Both the position numbers and the translations under genes were made by a program. The notes under the pieces were generated by a model. That model searched no databases, had not been told where the DNA came from, and worked only from the letters and a program-made list of their open reading frames with translations. Positions 1 through 9,021 of a DNA stretch of 21,642 bases are shown one piece after another; within the stretch, counting starts at the first letter, position 1, and each line of letters opens with the position of its first letter. The DNA is from Gammaproteobacteria bacterium (lineage in GTDB: Bacteria > Pseudomonadota > Gammaproteobacteria > GCA-001735895). The DNA lies in the NCBI GenBank assembly GCA_050298595.1, contig JBNKUM010000037.1, positions 1-21,642 on the forward strand, written 5' to 3'.

Positions 1-673
1 AGTAGTCTTTCTCCAGTGATTCAAAAACAGTAGGCAAAAGCATTCTGTTATAGGAAGTATAGGAAGTGACGCCAGCCTCTTCTACGCGGCGGGAAAATGG
101 TGTTTTACGTATGCGGCGGGACATACTCAGGAATCTACCAAACATACTTTACCTCTATGGTTATATTTTTATGATTTACGGGCTAAAAATGGCAATCCGC
201 GAATTTAATCTGCTTAAATAATAAAATCAAAGTCTTATTGAGGATGACAGCTGCGCCGTCGTATGTAGATAAAAACAGGTCGTTATAAGGCAAAAAAAAA
301 CGGGGTTTTACTGCAGGATTTACAGTCGAGATAAAGAGGAAAGTACTACTATACTTTTTCCTGTCGCTGGGTGACTAGCAGGTTTATCAGTGCCAGCATT
401 GAAGTGGATATAATAAACATAAATGCTATCGCATGACAATCTTTATAGACACACAGGCTTAATCAAGTACGCCATAGTTCAACTCATTCAGTCAGGTTTT
501 TTTGCTTTGAAGTATTGAGTTCTTCATTCTTGAGATAGTGTTAACAGACCCTGGTGATTATTCATGATGGCGAAGGCAGCGAGAGGTGCAGAGGTAATAA
601 GGGGTGGCCGAGAGAGAAACCTGAGTCTTGCTGACTTTAGGCAGAATGCACTCCTTGCGTTGAGTGAATGGAT

Positions 674-689
674 TTTACGTTAACGTTGA
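674..689. promoter_or_regulatory. Putative LiuR (MerR-family)-like operator TTTACGTTAACGTTGA
   Basis: Perfect palindromic core ACGTTAACGT at 677-686. 14/16 match to the LiuR consensus as I recall it (TTTACGTwwACGTAAA). Lies about 180 nt upstream of an acyl-CoA dehydrogenase, a typical LiuR target class. Confidence 0.5.
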
Positions 690-870
690 TCTCTAGTGTT
701 GATCTGTAGTAGTGTCGAGCTTCAAAAATGGGTGTCCCAAAAAGATTATCCCAAAAATATGTTCGGCGTATCCTTCGGTTACGAGGATAAAAGCAAACCG
801 GAAAACCAGATCGTGCCGGAGCGCGCCAGCGTTGCTGAAACCACCACATTTATTGATTAGGAACCTACTA

Positions 871-2655
871 ATGTCAGATTACACAGCCCCCACCAAAGAT
901 ATGCAGTTCGTCATCGAATCACTGGCGAATCTGGATGTGCTTAATCAACTTCCAGGTTACCAGGATGCCACCGCGGATATGGTTGAAGCGATCCTCGAGC
1001 AGGCGGGTCGATTCGCCAGCGAGGTCATCGCACCGTTGAATCAAAGCGGCGATCAGCATGGCGCGCAACTGGAGGATGGCAAGGTCAGCGCACCACCGGG
1101 CTTTGCCGATGCTTATCGTCAGTTCACCGAAAACGGCTGGATGGGGCTTGATCAGCCGCCGGAATTCGATGGACAGGGGATGCCCTACCTGATGCAATCG
1201 GCAGTGGCTGAAATGTGGAACTCGGCCAACATGGCGTTCACGCTTTGCCCCCTTTTAACCGGTGGGGCGATTGAGGCACTGAAGACGCATGCACCCGACG
1301 CGATGAAACAGAAGTACCTGCCCGAGATGATTGCAGGCCGCTTCACTGGCACCATGAACCTGACCGAACCTCAGGCCGGATCGGATCTTTCGGCAGTACG
1401 CAGCAAGGCTGTCCCCGATGGGGATTTTTACCGCATCAGCGGGCAAAAGATCTTCATCACCTGGGGCGAGCATGATATGGCTGAGAATATCATCCACCTG
1501 GTGCTGGCGCGTCTGCCCGATGCACCGGAAGGGGTTAAGGGGATCTCGCTGTTCCTGGTGCCGAAATTCCTGGTCAACGATGATGGCAGCCTCGGTGAGC
1601 GTAACGACCTGAACGTGGTTTCACTGGAGCACAAGCTGGGCATCCACGCGTCGCCCACCTGCGTCATGAGCTTTGGCGATAATGATGGTGCGATAGGTTA
1701 CCTGATCGGCGAAGAGAACAATGGTCTGGCCTGTATGTTCACGATGATGAACCACGCTCGGCTTGAAGTTGGCATGGAAGGCGTCGGCCTGTCCACCCGC
1801 GCCTACCAACACGCATTGGCTTATGCAAAAGATCGTATCCAGGGTTTTGCCCATGGTCATGAGGGTCGTGTCAGTATCATCCATCATCCGGATGTGCGAC
1901 GGATGATGATGCAGATGCGCGCAATCAGCGAGACCAGTCGTGCGATTGCCTATACTACCGCGGCGTCTTACGACCTGGCGCATAAGGCAAGCGATGCTGA
2001 GCAACGTCAGCAGCATCAACGCCGGGTCGAACTGATGACCCCGGTGGTCAAGGGCTGGTGTACCGAGATGGCGCAGGAAGCCACCTACCTTGGTGTCCAG
2101 GTACATGGCGGCATGGGCTTCATTGAGGAAACCGGCGCTGCGCAGTATTACCGCGACGCGCGTATCACCACGATTTACGAGGGCACCACCGGGATCCAGG
2201 CGATGGACCTGATGGGGCGTAAAATCCTGCGCGACAAGGGTCAGGCGTTGGGAGAATTGGTCGACGAGATCCGTGACTTCGTTGCGACTAGCGAAGCCGG
2301 CGATGCAGCGATGTCGTCGATTCTGGCCCGTTTAACCAGCGCACTTGAAGTATTAGAGTCCTGCGCGCAGGACTACCTGGCCAAGGCCGGGGAGGATCCA
2401 GGCCTTCCCGGATCGATTTCGGTCAATTTCCTGATGCTGACTGGGCATGTCGTCGGTGGCTGGTTGATGGCGCGTAGCGCGATGATTGCGCAGGAGCGAA
2501 TTCAGGGCGGCTCGACTGATCCGTTTTATCAAAACAAGATCCAGACCGCGCGCTTCTACGCCGAACAAATCCTGTCGCGCAGCGAGGGCCTGCGACCCTC
2601 GATCATGGCCGGTAGCGACGCGACCATGGGTATTGATGTCGAGCAGTTCGATTAG
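871..2655 (+). CDS. Acyl-CoA dehydrogenase, long (~594 aa) DmdC/FadE5-like subgroup
   Basis: Motifs GTMNLTEPQAGSDL, ISGQKIFIT, EHKLGIHASPTC, MFTMMNHARL, VQVHGGMGF and RITTIYEGTTGIQA. Start moved from 712 to ATG 871: AGGAA at 859-863 and the family-typical N-terminus MSDYTAPTKDMQF. Confidence 0.93.
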   Translation: MSDYTAPTKDMQFVIESLANLDVLNQLPGYQDATADMVEAILEQAGRFASEVIAPLNQSGDQHGAQLEDGKVSAPPGFADAYRQFTENGWMGLDQPPEFDGQGMPYLMQSAVAEMWNSANMAFTLCPLLTGGAIEALKTHAPDAMKQKYLPEMIAGRFTGTMNLTEPQAGSDLSAVRSKAVPDGDFYRISGQKIFITWGEHDMAENIIHLVLARLPDAPEGVKGISLFLVPKFLVNDDGSLGERNDLNVVSLEHKLGIHASPTCVMSFGDNDGAIGYLIGEENNGLACMFTMMNHARLEVGMEGVGLSTRAYQHALAYAKDRIQGFAHGHEGRVSIIHHPDVRRMMMQMRAISETSRAIAYTTAASYDLAHKASDAEQRQQHQRRVELMTPVVKGWCTEMAQEATYLGVQVHGGMGFIEETGAAQYYRDARITTIYEGTTGIQAMDLMGRKILRDKGQALGELVDEIRDFVATSEAGDAAMSSILARLTSALEVLESCAQDYLAKAGEDPGLPGSISVNFLMLTGHVVGGWLMARSAMIAQERIQGGSTDPFYQNKIQTARFYAEQILSRSEGLRPSIMAGSDATMGIDVEQFD

Positions 2656-2709
2656 TTTGCCGTCCTTATCAAGCTCTAACTTGATTCTTCTAAATGAGAT
2701 AATCCAGGC

Positions 2710-3147
2710 ATGACCTACGAAAATATCATTTTTGAACAACAGGACGACGTTGCCATTATTTGCCTGAACCGACCCAGGGCACTCAAGGCATTGATCCCGA
2801 AGCTGTTCGCTGAACTCAAACACGCACTCGACGAGATCGACAATGGTGACGCCATCGGCTGCACGGTCCTGACCGGCAACGGCAAGGCCTTCGCAGCTGG
2901 CACCGATATCAAACGGGTGAAGGATATGGGCTACAGGAAAATGTATATCGACCAGGTCATCAGCAAGAACTGGGATGAGGTTGTTAAACGGACAGAGTTT
3001 TGGTGTCACGAATTGGGATTTTATAAAAGCAACGCAAATCCCAAACAGGACAATACTTTGATATTAACCAAAGCCTTAAAAAGCCCGGGACAGCATAATG
3101 ATCTGCTCTCCTGTTATGAATTCAACCAACTGAGCTATCTGAATTAA
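2710..3147 (+). pseudogene. 3'-truncated enoyl-CoA hydratase/isomerase (crotonase family)
   Basis: First ~92 aa are crotonase-like (VAIICLNRPRALKAL, TVLTGNGKAFAAGTDIK). The expected KPVIAAVxGxALGGGxE segment and catalytic Glu residues are absent. After ~2985 the frame runs into AT-rich unrelated sequence. Confidence 0.8.
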
Positions 3148-3179
3148 CCTGATTCGATTAACTTGATCTACTACCCAAG

Positions 3180-4625
3180 ATGCAGACTTCAATCATGAAC
3201 AATGAATCCACTTCCTTTTTTAATCGCACTTTAACTCGAATTCGCAAGGCCTGGTCTGAGTTTAGCTCAAACTTATCTGGACAACAGGAACTTCGGCTGG
3301 CCCCGGACCTGCCGCAAGTGCAACGGAAAAAACTGATTGAAGCCATTGATCAATCACTGCAGGCTCACACTGGTGAGGTCTCAGCGCGAAATATAGCCAC
3401 GCGTATCGGGCGCAGCTATATGACGTTTGATCAAACAGGCAAAGAACACTTCTTCAGATTGTTAGCGACCCACTATGATGTCCAGGACGATCAGGTGAAT
3501 CAGGCCATTAGCAACTACCAGCAAGCCTCTGCGGATAAAAACCTGTCCAAACTCCGACATCAATTGCGAATAGCATTGCTCGCTCCGCGAGTTAACTTAT
3601 TCACATTATTTAATGCACTGCCAGAGGGGATCAAGTTTCTGGTAGATATGCGTGCAGACATTATTGCTCTGGGCGCTCTCTCTGACCCGGAGCTGTCCAA
3701 AGTTGAACTCGATCTCAAACATTTATTGCGCAGCTGGTTTGATGTGGGCTTTTTAGAACTCAGAAAAATCACCTGGGATTCCCCCGCTTCCCTGTTGGAG
3801 AAACTGATTGAGTATGAAGCCGTGCATGAAATCACCAGCTGGCAGGATTTAAAAAACCGTTTGGCGGAAGATCGACGCTTATTTGCGTTTTTTCATCCCA
3901 ACATGCCTAAAGAACCCTTAATTTTTATTCATGTCGCACTGGTTAATGGTCTGGCAAATAATGTACAGGCATTGCTGGATCCCGATACAGAAATTCAGGA
4001 TACCCAAAAAGCCGATACCGCTATTTTTTATTCTATTTCCAATGCTCAGCAAGGCTTGAATGGTATCAGCTTTGGAAATTTTCTAATCAAACGCGTCGTG
4101 AGCGAAGTGAAAAAGGAACTGCCTCAACTCAAACAATTTTCAACTTTATCGCCTATTCCCACATTCAGAAAATGGCTGGAAGGCAAACTGGATTCACCCA
4201 AAGCATTTGAGTTTAATGAGCAGAAACTGGATGCTATTCACACGGCAGCCACGGCCCTTTCTGTTTCTCACAACCTGAAAGATATTCTGGAATGTCCGGA
4301 CTGGCATAAAAATATTATTGTTCTGGATGCCATACAACCGGTGATGTTACATCTATGCGCCATCTATCTGAGTACTAAACATTCCAAAAAACAACGTTTG
4401 CTGGATCCGGTAGCGCATTTTCATATCAGCAATGGCGCAGAGGTTAAACAGATAAACTGGATGGGCGATATATCCACCAAGGGCTTTGATCAATCCTACG
4501 GTATGATGATTAACTACCTGTACAAACTGGATCAAATTGACCAAAACAGCGAAAACTATTCCCAGACTCATGAAGTGCTACTGGCTAAAGAAGTGAATCA
4601 GTTACTTGAGACAAACAGGAAATAA
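3180..4625 (+). CDS. matA: Malonyl-CoA decarboxylase (MCD/MatA family)
   Basis: Motifs YEAVHEI, DRRLFAFFHP, AIFYSISN, GISFGNFLIKRVV, TLSPIP, DPVAHFHISNGA and SYGMMINYLY. Start may be ATG 3195. Confidence 0.92.
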   Translation: MQTSIMNNESTSFFNRTLTRIRKAWSEFSSNLSGQQELRLAPDLPQVQRKKLIEAIDQSLQAHTGEVSARNIATRIGRSYMTFDQTGKEHFFRLLATHYDVQDDQVNQAISNYQQASADKNLSKLRHQLRIALLAPRVNLFTLFNALPEGIKFLVDMRADIIALGALSDPELSKVELDLKHLLRSWFDVGFLELRKITWDSPASLLEKLIEYEAVHEITSWQDLKNRLAEDRRLFAFFHPNMPKEPLIFIHVALVNGLANNVQALLDPDTEIQDTQKADTAIFYSISNAQQGLNGISFGNFLIKRVVSEVKKELPQLKQFSTLSPIPTFRKWLEGKLDSPKAFEFNEQKLDAIHTAATALSVSHNLKDILECPDWHKNIIVLDAIQPVMLHLCAIYLSTKHSKKQRLLDPVAHFHISNGAEVKQINWMGDISTKGFDQSYGMMINYLYKLDQIDQNSENYSQTHEVLLAKEVNQLLETNRK

Positions 4626-4857
4626 ATGACTCTATTGGCCTTTGATCTCATTTTTACTGATTCAACCCAGGAATCAGGATGGGATATTTATAGACCCAAC
4701 GATTGATAAAGGAAATTAATCTTAAGCCATTCTGCTACGGCTTCAGTAAAAAGAAAGTGGTGTTAAGACGAAATTCCGGATTTGTTTATGTCATACTTGA
4801 TTTAGCCTGTTTCCATAGCGTGTCAGATCAAGCCATGGCTACATCAAACTATCTTTT

Positions 4858-6060
4858 TTATTCATAACTTTCCACATACTTTACCCATTGCAAAGCGGTC
4901 TTAATAACATTGGGGTCCTGTTTGGCTTGAGTAAATGCCTGCTTTGCAGGTACATATTTCTGCTGTTTGAATAAACTAATACCCAGTGTGTTATACACCT
5001 GGCCAATTTGTTTTAAACCCCCTTTCTCTATGGCCTGCTTTGCAGCAGCTTCTGCCAGCGCATATTGTTCATCAAATAAATATAACTGTGCTAGCTCAGC
5101 ATAAAGATTCCCATGTGTCGCCTGTTTTGCGGCAAGTTCCAGCGTCTCTATTGAGTGTTTGATTTCTTTTGCCATACGCCAGGCATTCGCCAGCAATTGT
5201 AGATTTTTCTCGCTGGAAGTTATCTGTTTTGAATCTAACCCCTTCTGTAAAATTTTTGCAGCCTGATACGGTACCTGCTGGTCAATATACAGGTAGGCCA
5301 GATTTTTTAACTCGCTTTCTTTGTTCAGCAACCCCTTAGTATATGCAGCATCCATAACATATAGTTGTCGGTCTGTTTGCTCCTGCTCTCCATATAAACC
5401 GGCTAACTGCAACCAGTAAACTTTTTTAGGGTAGTAGCGAATTAATTGCTCAACCATTTTTATCGTGCTGTGTTTATCTCCTGTTTCGTAATATAGACCC
5501 TGCAGCATTTGCAACCAGTTCTGGCGCGGTGGTTTATTATTTTGCTGATTGATTGCTATGGCTTTTGTTAACGACTTAATCGCCTGCGCTGGCTGCTTGA
5601 GCTGGTAGTAAATCTGCCCCTGTAATTCATATGCCTGTACACCAGGATCAGGGTTGTGTTCAAACCACTGGCTTAACATTTTTTCAGCGGATACATAATC
5701 TTCCAGTGAGAAATATAACTGGCACAGGCTATAAAGCGATTCATCCACAGTAAACTGCGGCAGATCCTCAAGCTTCAGGATTTTCTCGTAGTAAGGTATA
5801 GCCTTACTGTATTCATTAGCCTGATAGAATTGATAGGCCAGCAATTTGTAAACCTGTGAGTATTCATAGTTACTTAAGTCCGCTTCACTCAGTTTATTCA
5901 ACAGTTCATAAGATTGGCCATACTCTCCAGCCTCGATCATTTTTTGCGACTTCTGCAATTGTGTCAGTATGCGCTCTCTGACAACCGGCGCAGTTTTTGC
6001 AGTCGAAATAATCGGGAAAATCAGGCTCAACAATAGAATCAGGTATACAACGCTGCGCAT
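4858..6060 (-). CDS. ttpD: Periplasmic tetratricopeptide-repeat protein (TtpD-like) of the TonB operon
   Basis: N-terminal signal peptide and repeated TPR-like helices (YSKAIPYYEKIL, AYELQGQIYYQ, VYNTLGISLFKQQKY). Directly downstream of tonB. Confidence 0.82.
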   Translation of the reverse strand: MRSVVYLILLLSLIFPIISTAKTAPVVRERILTQLQKSQKMIEAGEYGQSYELLNKLSEADLSNYEYSQVYKLLAYQFYQANEYSKAIPYYEKILKLEDLPQFTVDESLYSLCQLYFSLEDYVSAEKMLSQWFEHNPDPGVQAYELQGQIYYQLKQPAQAIKSLTKAIAINQQNNKPPRQNWLQMLQGLYYETGDKHSTIKMVEQLIRYYPKKVYWLQLAGLYGEQEQTDRQLYVMDAAYTKGLLNKESELKNLAYLYIDQQVPYQAAKILQKGLDSKQITSSEKNLQLLANAWRMAKEIKHSIETLELAAKQATHGNLYAELAQLYLFDEQYALAEAAAKQAIEKGGLKQIGQVYNTLGISLFKQQKYVPAKQAFTQAKQDPNVIKTALQWVKYVESYE

Positions 6061-6063
6061 GCC

Positions 6064-6675
6064 TTATTCCTCCAGCCGGAAAGTGAATTCATTTCGTACG
6101 CCCTGCACTTCTACTGGCTCACCATCAACTTTTCGCGGCTTGTATTTGAACTTTCGCGCCGCTTCTATGGCCGCATTATCAAATACATATTTAGGTTTAG
6201 ATTCGATCACTTTGACATCGCGTACTCCACCACTACGTGTCACGGTAAATTCGACGATCACATAACCTTCCTGATTGCGTTTAGTTGCACGCTGCGGATA
6301 TATCGGGACCACCTTTAATACAGGCATATAATCACTATCACCCGATGGTTGCGGCAGGCTCATATTGATCTTTACATTAGCCTCCATCCTGGGCAGTTTG
6401 AAGCTTGGGATTTTACTCACTGAAAGCTGATTATTTAATAAGGCAATTTCGGGTAATTGAAGCTGTGGTTCAGCCTTGAATTCAGGCTTATCCGGTTTTT
6501 CAATCTGACGCATGGTTTCTATCTTGCGCTCGGGCATCAGAAAATCAGCAGCGAGAATTTTCGACTGATCATCAGCCTGATAATCATCACGATGCAGGAT
6601 GGACGTCATCAATATGAACAGACCCGCCGTCACCAGTAGCGCAGGCCCTGCAAATAATAACTGGCGCAAAAACAT
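6064..6675 (-). CDS. tonB: Energy transducer TonB
   Basis: Single N-terminal TM helix, Pro-containing linker and TonB C-terminal domain (PIYPQRA...EGYVIVEFTVTRSGGV...FDNAAIEAARKFKYKP). Confidence 0.93.
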   Translation of the reverse strand: MFLRQLLFAGPALLVTAGLFILMTSILHRDDYQADDQSKILAADFLMPERKIETMRQIEKPDKPEFKAEPQLQLPEIALLNNQLSVSKIPSFKLPRMEANVKINMSLPQPSGDSDYMPVLKVVPIYPQRATKRNQEGYVIVEFTVTRSGGVRDVKVIESKPKYVFDNAAIEAARKFKYKPRKVDGEPVEVQGVRNEFTFRLEE

Positions 6676-6681
6676 ATCTAC

Positions 6682-7092
6682 TTACTGTTTCATGGTGGCG
6701 ACAGAAACATCTCGTACACCCGCCTGACGTGAGGCATCAGTAACCGCAGTCAGGGTTTTTACCGTAGCGCTTTCATCAGCCTGAATGATGACTGAGCCTT
6801 TTGGGTTTTCTGCATGCAGGCGTTCTACATTGGCACGTACCGACCTAATATCTATTCTGCGTTGATCAATCCAGATTTCATTGGTGGCACTGATGGCAAT
6901 CAGAATGCTGGCATTTTCTTTGGCTTCGGCAGTATCTGCCTGTGGTCGTTGCACTTCGATACCGCTTTCCTTTACAAAGGATGCAGTAACGATAAAAAAG
7001 ATCAGCATGATAAAAACCACATCCAGCATGGGCGTCATATCAACCATCGATTCGTCGCTCTGGGTTGCTCTTTGAATCAATCCTTTACGCAT
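6682..7092 (-). CDS. exbD: Biopolymer transport protein ExbD/TolR
   Basis: VDMTPMLDVVFIMLIFFIVT transmembrane motif with the conserved Asp, and VIIQAD. Likely start ATG 7092 overlaps the end of exbB (ORF track start is 7113). Confidence 0.93.
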   Translation of the reverse strand: MRKGLIQRATQSDESMVDMTPMLDVVFIMLIFFIVTASFVKESGIEVQRPQADTAEAKENASILIAISATNEIWIDQRRIDIRSVRANVERLHAENPKGSVIIQADESATVKTLTAVTDASRQAGVRDVSVATMKQ

Positions 7093-7615
7093 GTTGTTCA
7101 CCGCTAAAGTCATCGTTAATCTGTTGTTTTCTGCTATTCGCTATCTTTCTTAGCCAGGTATGTGCCATCAAGCCTGAAATCGATATCACCATACTCGCCA
7201 TGGTGGGTATGGTGGCACGAGACACTCCATTCGCCATTAGCTTAACATCACCCATACTGGTGAAAGCAATCACATCGAATACCGATATCATGCCACTGAC
7301 AGTGCCCAGCAAACCTAATAAGGGGCATAGTAAAACCAGTGTTTTTACCAGATTGATATTCAGGTCGATTTTCTGATGTAAACGCGCAATAGCAGCAGTC
7401 TGAATATGCCTTGCCGATTTTGAATGATGATCCTGTCGTTTTAACCAGTTAGTTTTTACTTTGTGAAATTCCCTGGCAATTCCGCTAGACAGATACCACA
7501 ACCTTTCGAAAACAAGCATCCATAAAAGTACTGCCAGCAATGCAATCAGCCACATGACTTCGCCGCCTTTATGCATAAAGTCTAGTAATAGAATCACAAT
7601 TTCGTCGAGTCTCAT
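7085..7615 (-). CDS. exbB: MotA/TolQ/ExbB proton channel protein (short ExbB)
   Basis: GGEVMWLI...FERLWYL, PLLGLLGTVSGMISVF and MANGVSRATIPT motifs. Confidence 0.92.
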   Translation of the reverse strand: MRLDEIVILLLDFMHKGGEVMWLIALLAVLLWMLVFERLWYLSSGIAREFHKVKTNWLKRQDHHSKSARHIQTAAIARLHQKIDLNINLVKTLVLLCPLLGLLGTVSGMISVFDVIAFTSMGDVKLMANGVSRATIPTMASMVISISGLMAHTWLRKIANSRKQQINDDFSGEQHA

Positions 7616-7617
7616 GC

Positions 7618-9021
7618 TCAGCCCCTGGTGGATAACTGTGACTCGGTATGACGGGCGATCAGTCCCATGCTTTGCTGTTCCAGTATGTGCAGGATATTCT
7701 GTGCCTTGCCATGGAGTAGTGAATGAGCAAATACCGTGGGGATAGCAACCAGCAGGCCTAACACGGTGGTCACCAGTGCACTGGAGATACCACTCGCCAT
7801 GGCTTTGGGGTCTCCTGCGCCATAAATAGTAATCGACTGGAAGGTCATAATCATGCCTGCCACGGTCCCCAGCAGGCCTAACAGTGGAGCCACCATGGCG
7901 ACGATTTTTAATATTGGCAGATATCCTTCAATCGCCGGACGTTCTTTCAAAATCGCTTCACTGAGTTTGACTTCCAGCGTTTCTGCATCCAGTGATGGAT
8001 TATCCAGATGTACCATCAAGACTCGCCCTAACGCATTGTTAAGTCTTTGTTGCTTATCCAGAGTTTTGGCTTTTAATAACTTTAATACACCCGATTCCAT
8101 CAGGCTCAGCACCACCACTCGCCAGACTACTATCAGGGCAGTAATCGCACCTATCGCAGTGATGATATAGCCCACGATGCCACCCTGATGCCAGCGTTCA
8201 AGCAATGTTGGCGTATCGACTAATGCAGATAAATAACTGCCACCACTGGGACCTGTTGGATCTATCCCGACACGGGTGTAAGCAGTAGTTGATGCCTCCA
8301 GTTGTCCGATTGCACGGCTGTAGTTTGAAGCAGGTTGTCGGCTTAATTCTCCGATGCTGTTACTCTGGGATGAATAACTGAGATATTTCTCTTCACTCAC
8401 CAGATTAAAGGTGCCGATGCGAATAATGGATTGCTGACGGGTTTCACCACCGGGTTTAATCACTTCGGCATCGAAGCGGACAACCTTTGAGGATTCGGTC
8501 ATCTCTCTTAACATTTCATACCACAGGGCTTCAATTTCGCTCACCTCGGGTAACAGGGTAGCATTGCTCATTTTATCGATTAACTGATCAAACACCTGCT
8601 CACGCCCTGGATACTGGGCACTGATGATAGAGGTTTCTATGTTACTACGAAAATCACCTGCCGCAGCTGTCAGGTGTCCAAACAGTTCTTTTAAAGTGCC
8701 CATGCGTTGTTGTAACTGCTGACGTTTAGCCTGCAGTAATTGTTCGTTAGCGGCAAACTGCTGCTCCAGTTCTGCACTGGCCGTCTCAAGCTGCTTAAGT
8801 TCTATCTGCGCCTGCTTCAGCCTGTGCTGTTGCTGATTTTTCTGTTGCAAAAATTCTGCTTCGCGTTGTTTATTCAGCTTGCTAGAAAGCTGCTTCGACT
8901 GCTTAACCTGCTGAAGTAACTGATCAAGACTCTGAGCTGATTGTGCCTGTACGGTATTGACTACGAATGATAAAAATCCGCCAAGTAGAAGCATCACAAC
9001 CTGTATGTGTATGTGTTTCAT
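7618..9021 (-). CDS. ttpC: TtpC-type long MotA/TolQ/ExbB protein with N-terminal periplasmic coiled-coil
   Basis: Signal peptide, Gln-rich coiled-coil region and C-terminal ExbB channel (APLLGLLGTVAGMI, MASGISSALVTTVLGL). ATGA overlap with the upstream gene. Confidence 0.88.
   Translation of the reverse strand: MKHIHIQVVMLLLGGFLSFVVNTVQAQSAQSLDQLLQQVKQSKQLSSKLNKQREAEFLQQKNQQQHRLKQAQIELKQLETASAELEQQFAANEQLLQAKRQQLQQRMGTLKELFGHLTAAAGDFRSNIETSIISAQYPGREQVFDQLIDKMSNATLLPEVSEIEALWYEMLREMTESSKVVRFDAEVIKPGGETRQQSIIRIGTFNLVSEEKYLSYSSQSNSIGELSRQPASNYSRAIGQLEASTTAYTRVGIDPTGPSGGSYLSALVDTPTLLERWHQGGIVGYIITAIGAITALIVVWRVVVLSLMESGVLKLLKAKTLDKQQRLNNALGRVLMVHLDNPSLDAETLEVKLSEAILKERPAIEGYLPILKIVAMVAPLLGLLGTVAGMIMTFQSITIYGAGDPKAMASGISSALVTTVLGLLVAIPTVFAHSLLHGKAQNILHILEQQSMGLIARHTESQLSTRG

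Noticed and set aside
769-830. Hairpin TATCCT...AGGATA followed by GCAAACC, considered as a c-di-GMP-I riboswitch
   Set aside because: Lacks the GNRA-capped stem followed by the conserved GACGCAAAG-type segment. Only an isolated hairpin is supported.
712-870. 53-aa N-terminal extension of the acyl-CoA dehydrogenase in the ORF track
   Set aside because: Not family-like and overlaps promoter-like repeats. ATG 871 has a ribosome-binding site and the typical N-terminus.
871-3147. DMSP demethylation (dmdC-dmdD) locus
   Set aside because: The dehydrogenase subgroup is broad, the crotonase is a broken generic fragment, and no dmdA or dmdB is present.
4657-4677. Hairpin CTGATTC-N7-GAATCAG as a terminator
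   Set aside because: No U-tract follows in either orientation.
4626-4706. 26-codon ORF MTLLAFDLIFTD... abutting the matA stop, faintly HAD-motif-like
   Set aside because: Too short and lacks the DxD motif. Indistinguishable from chance.
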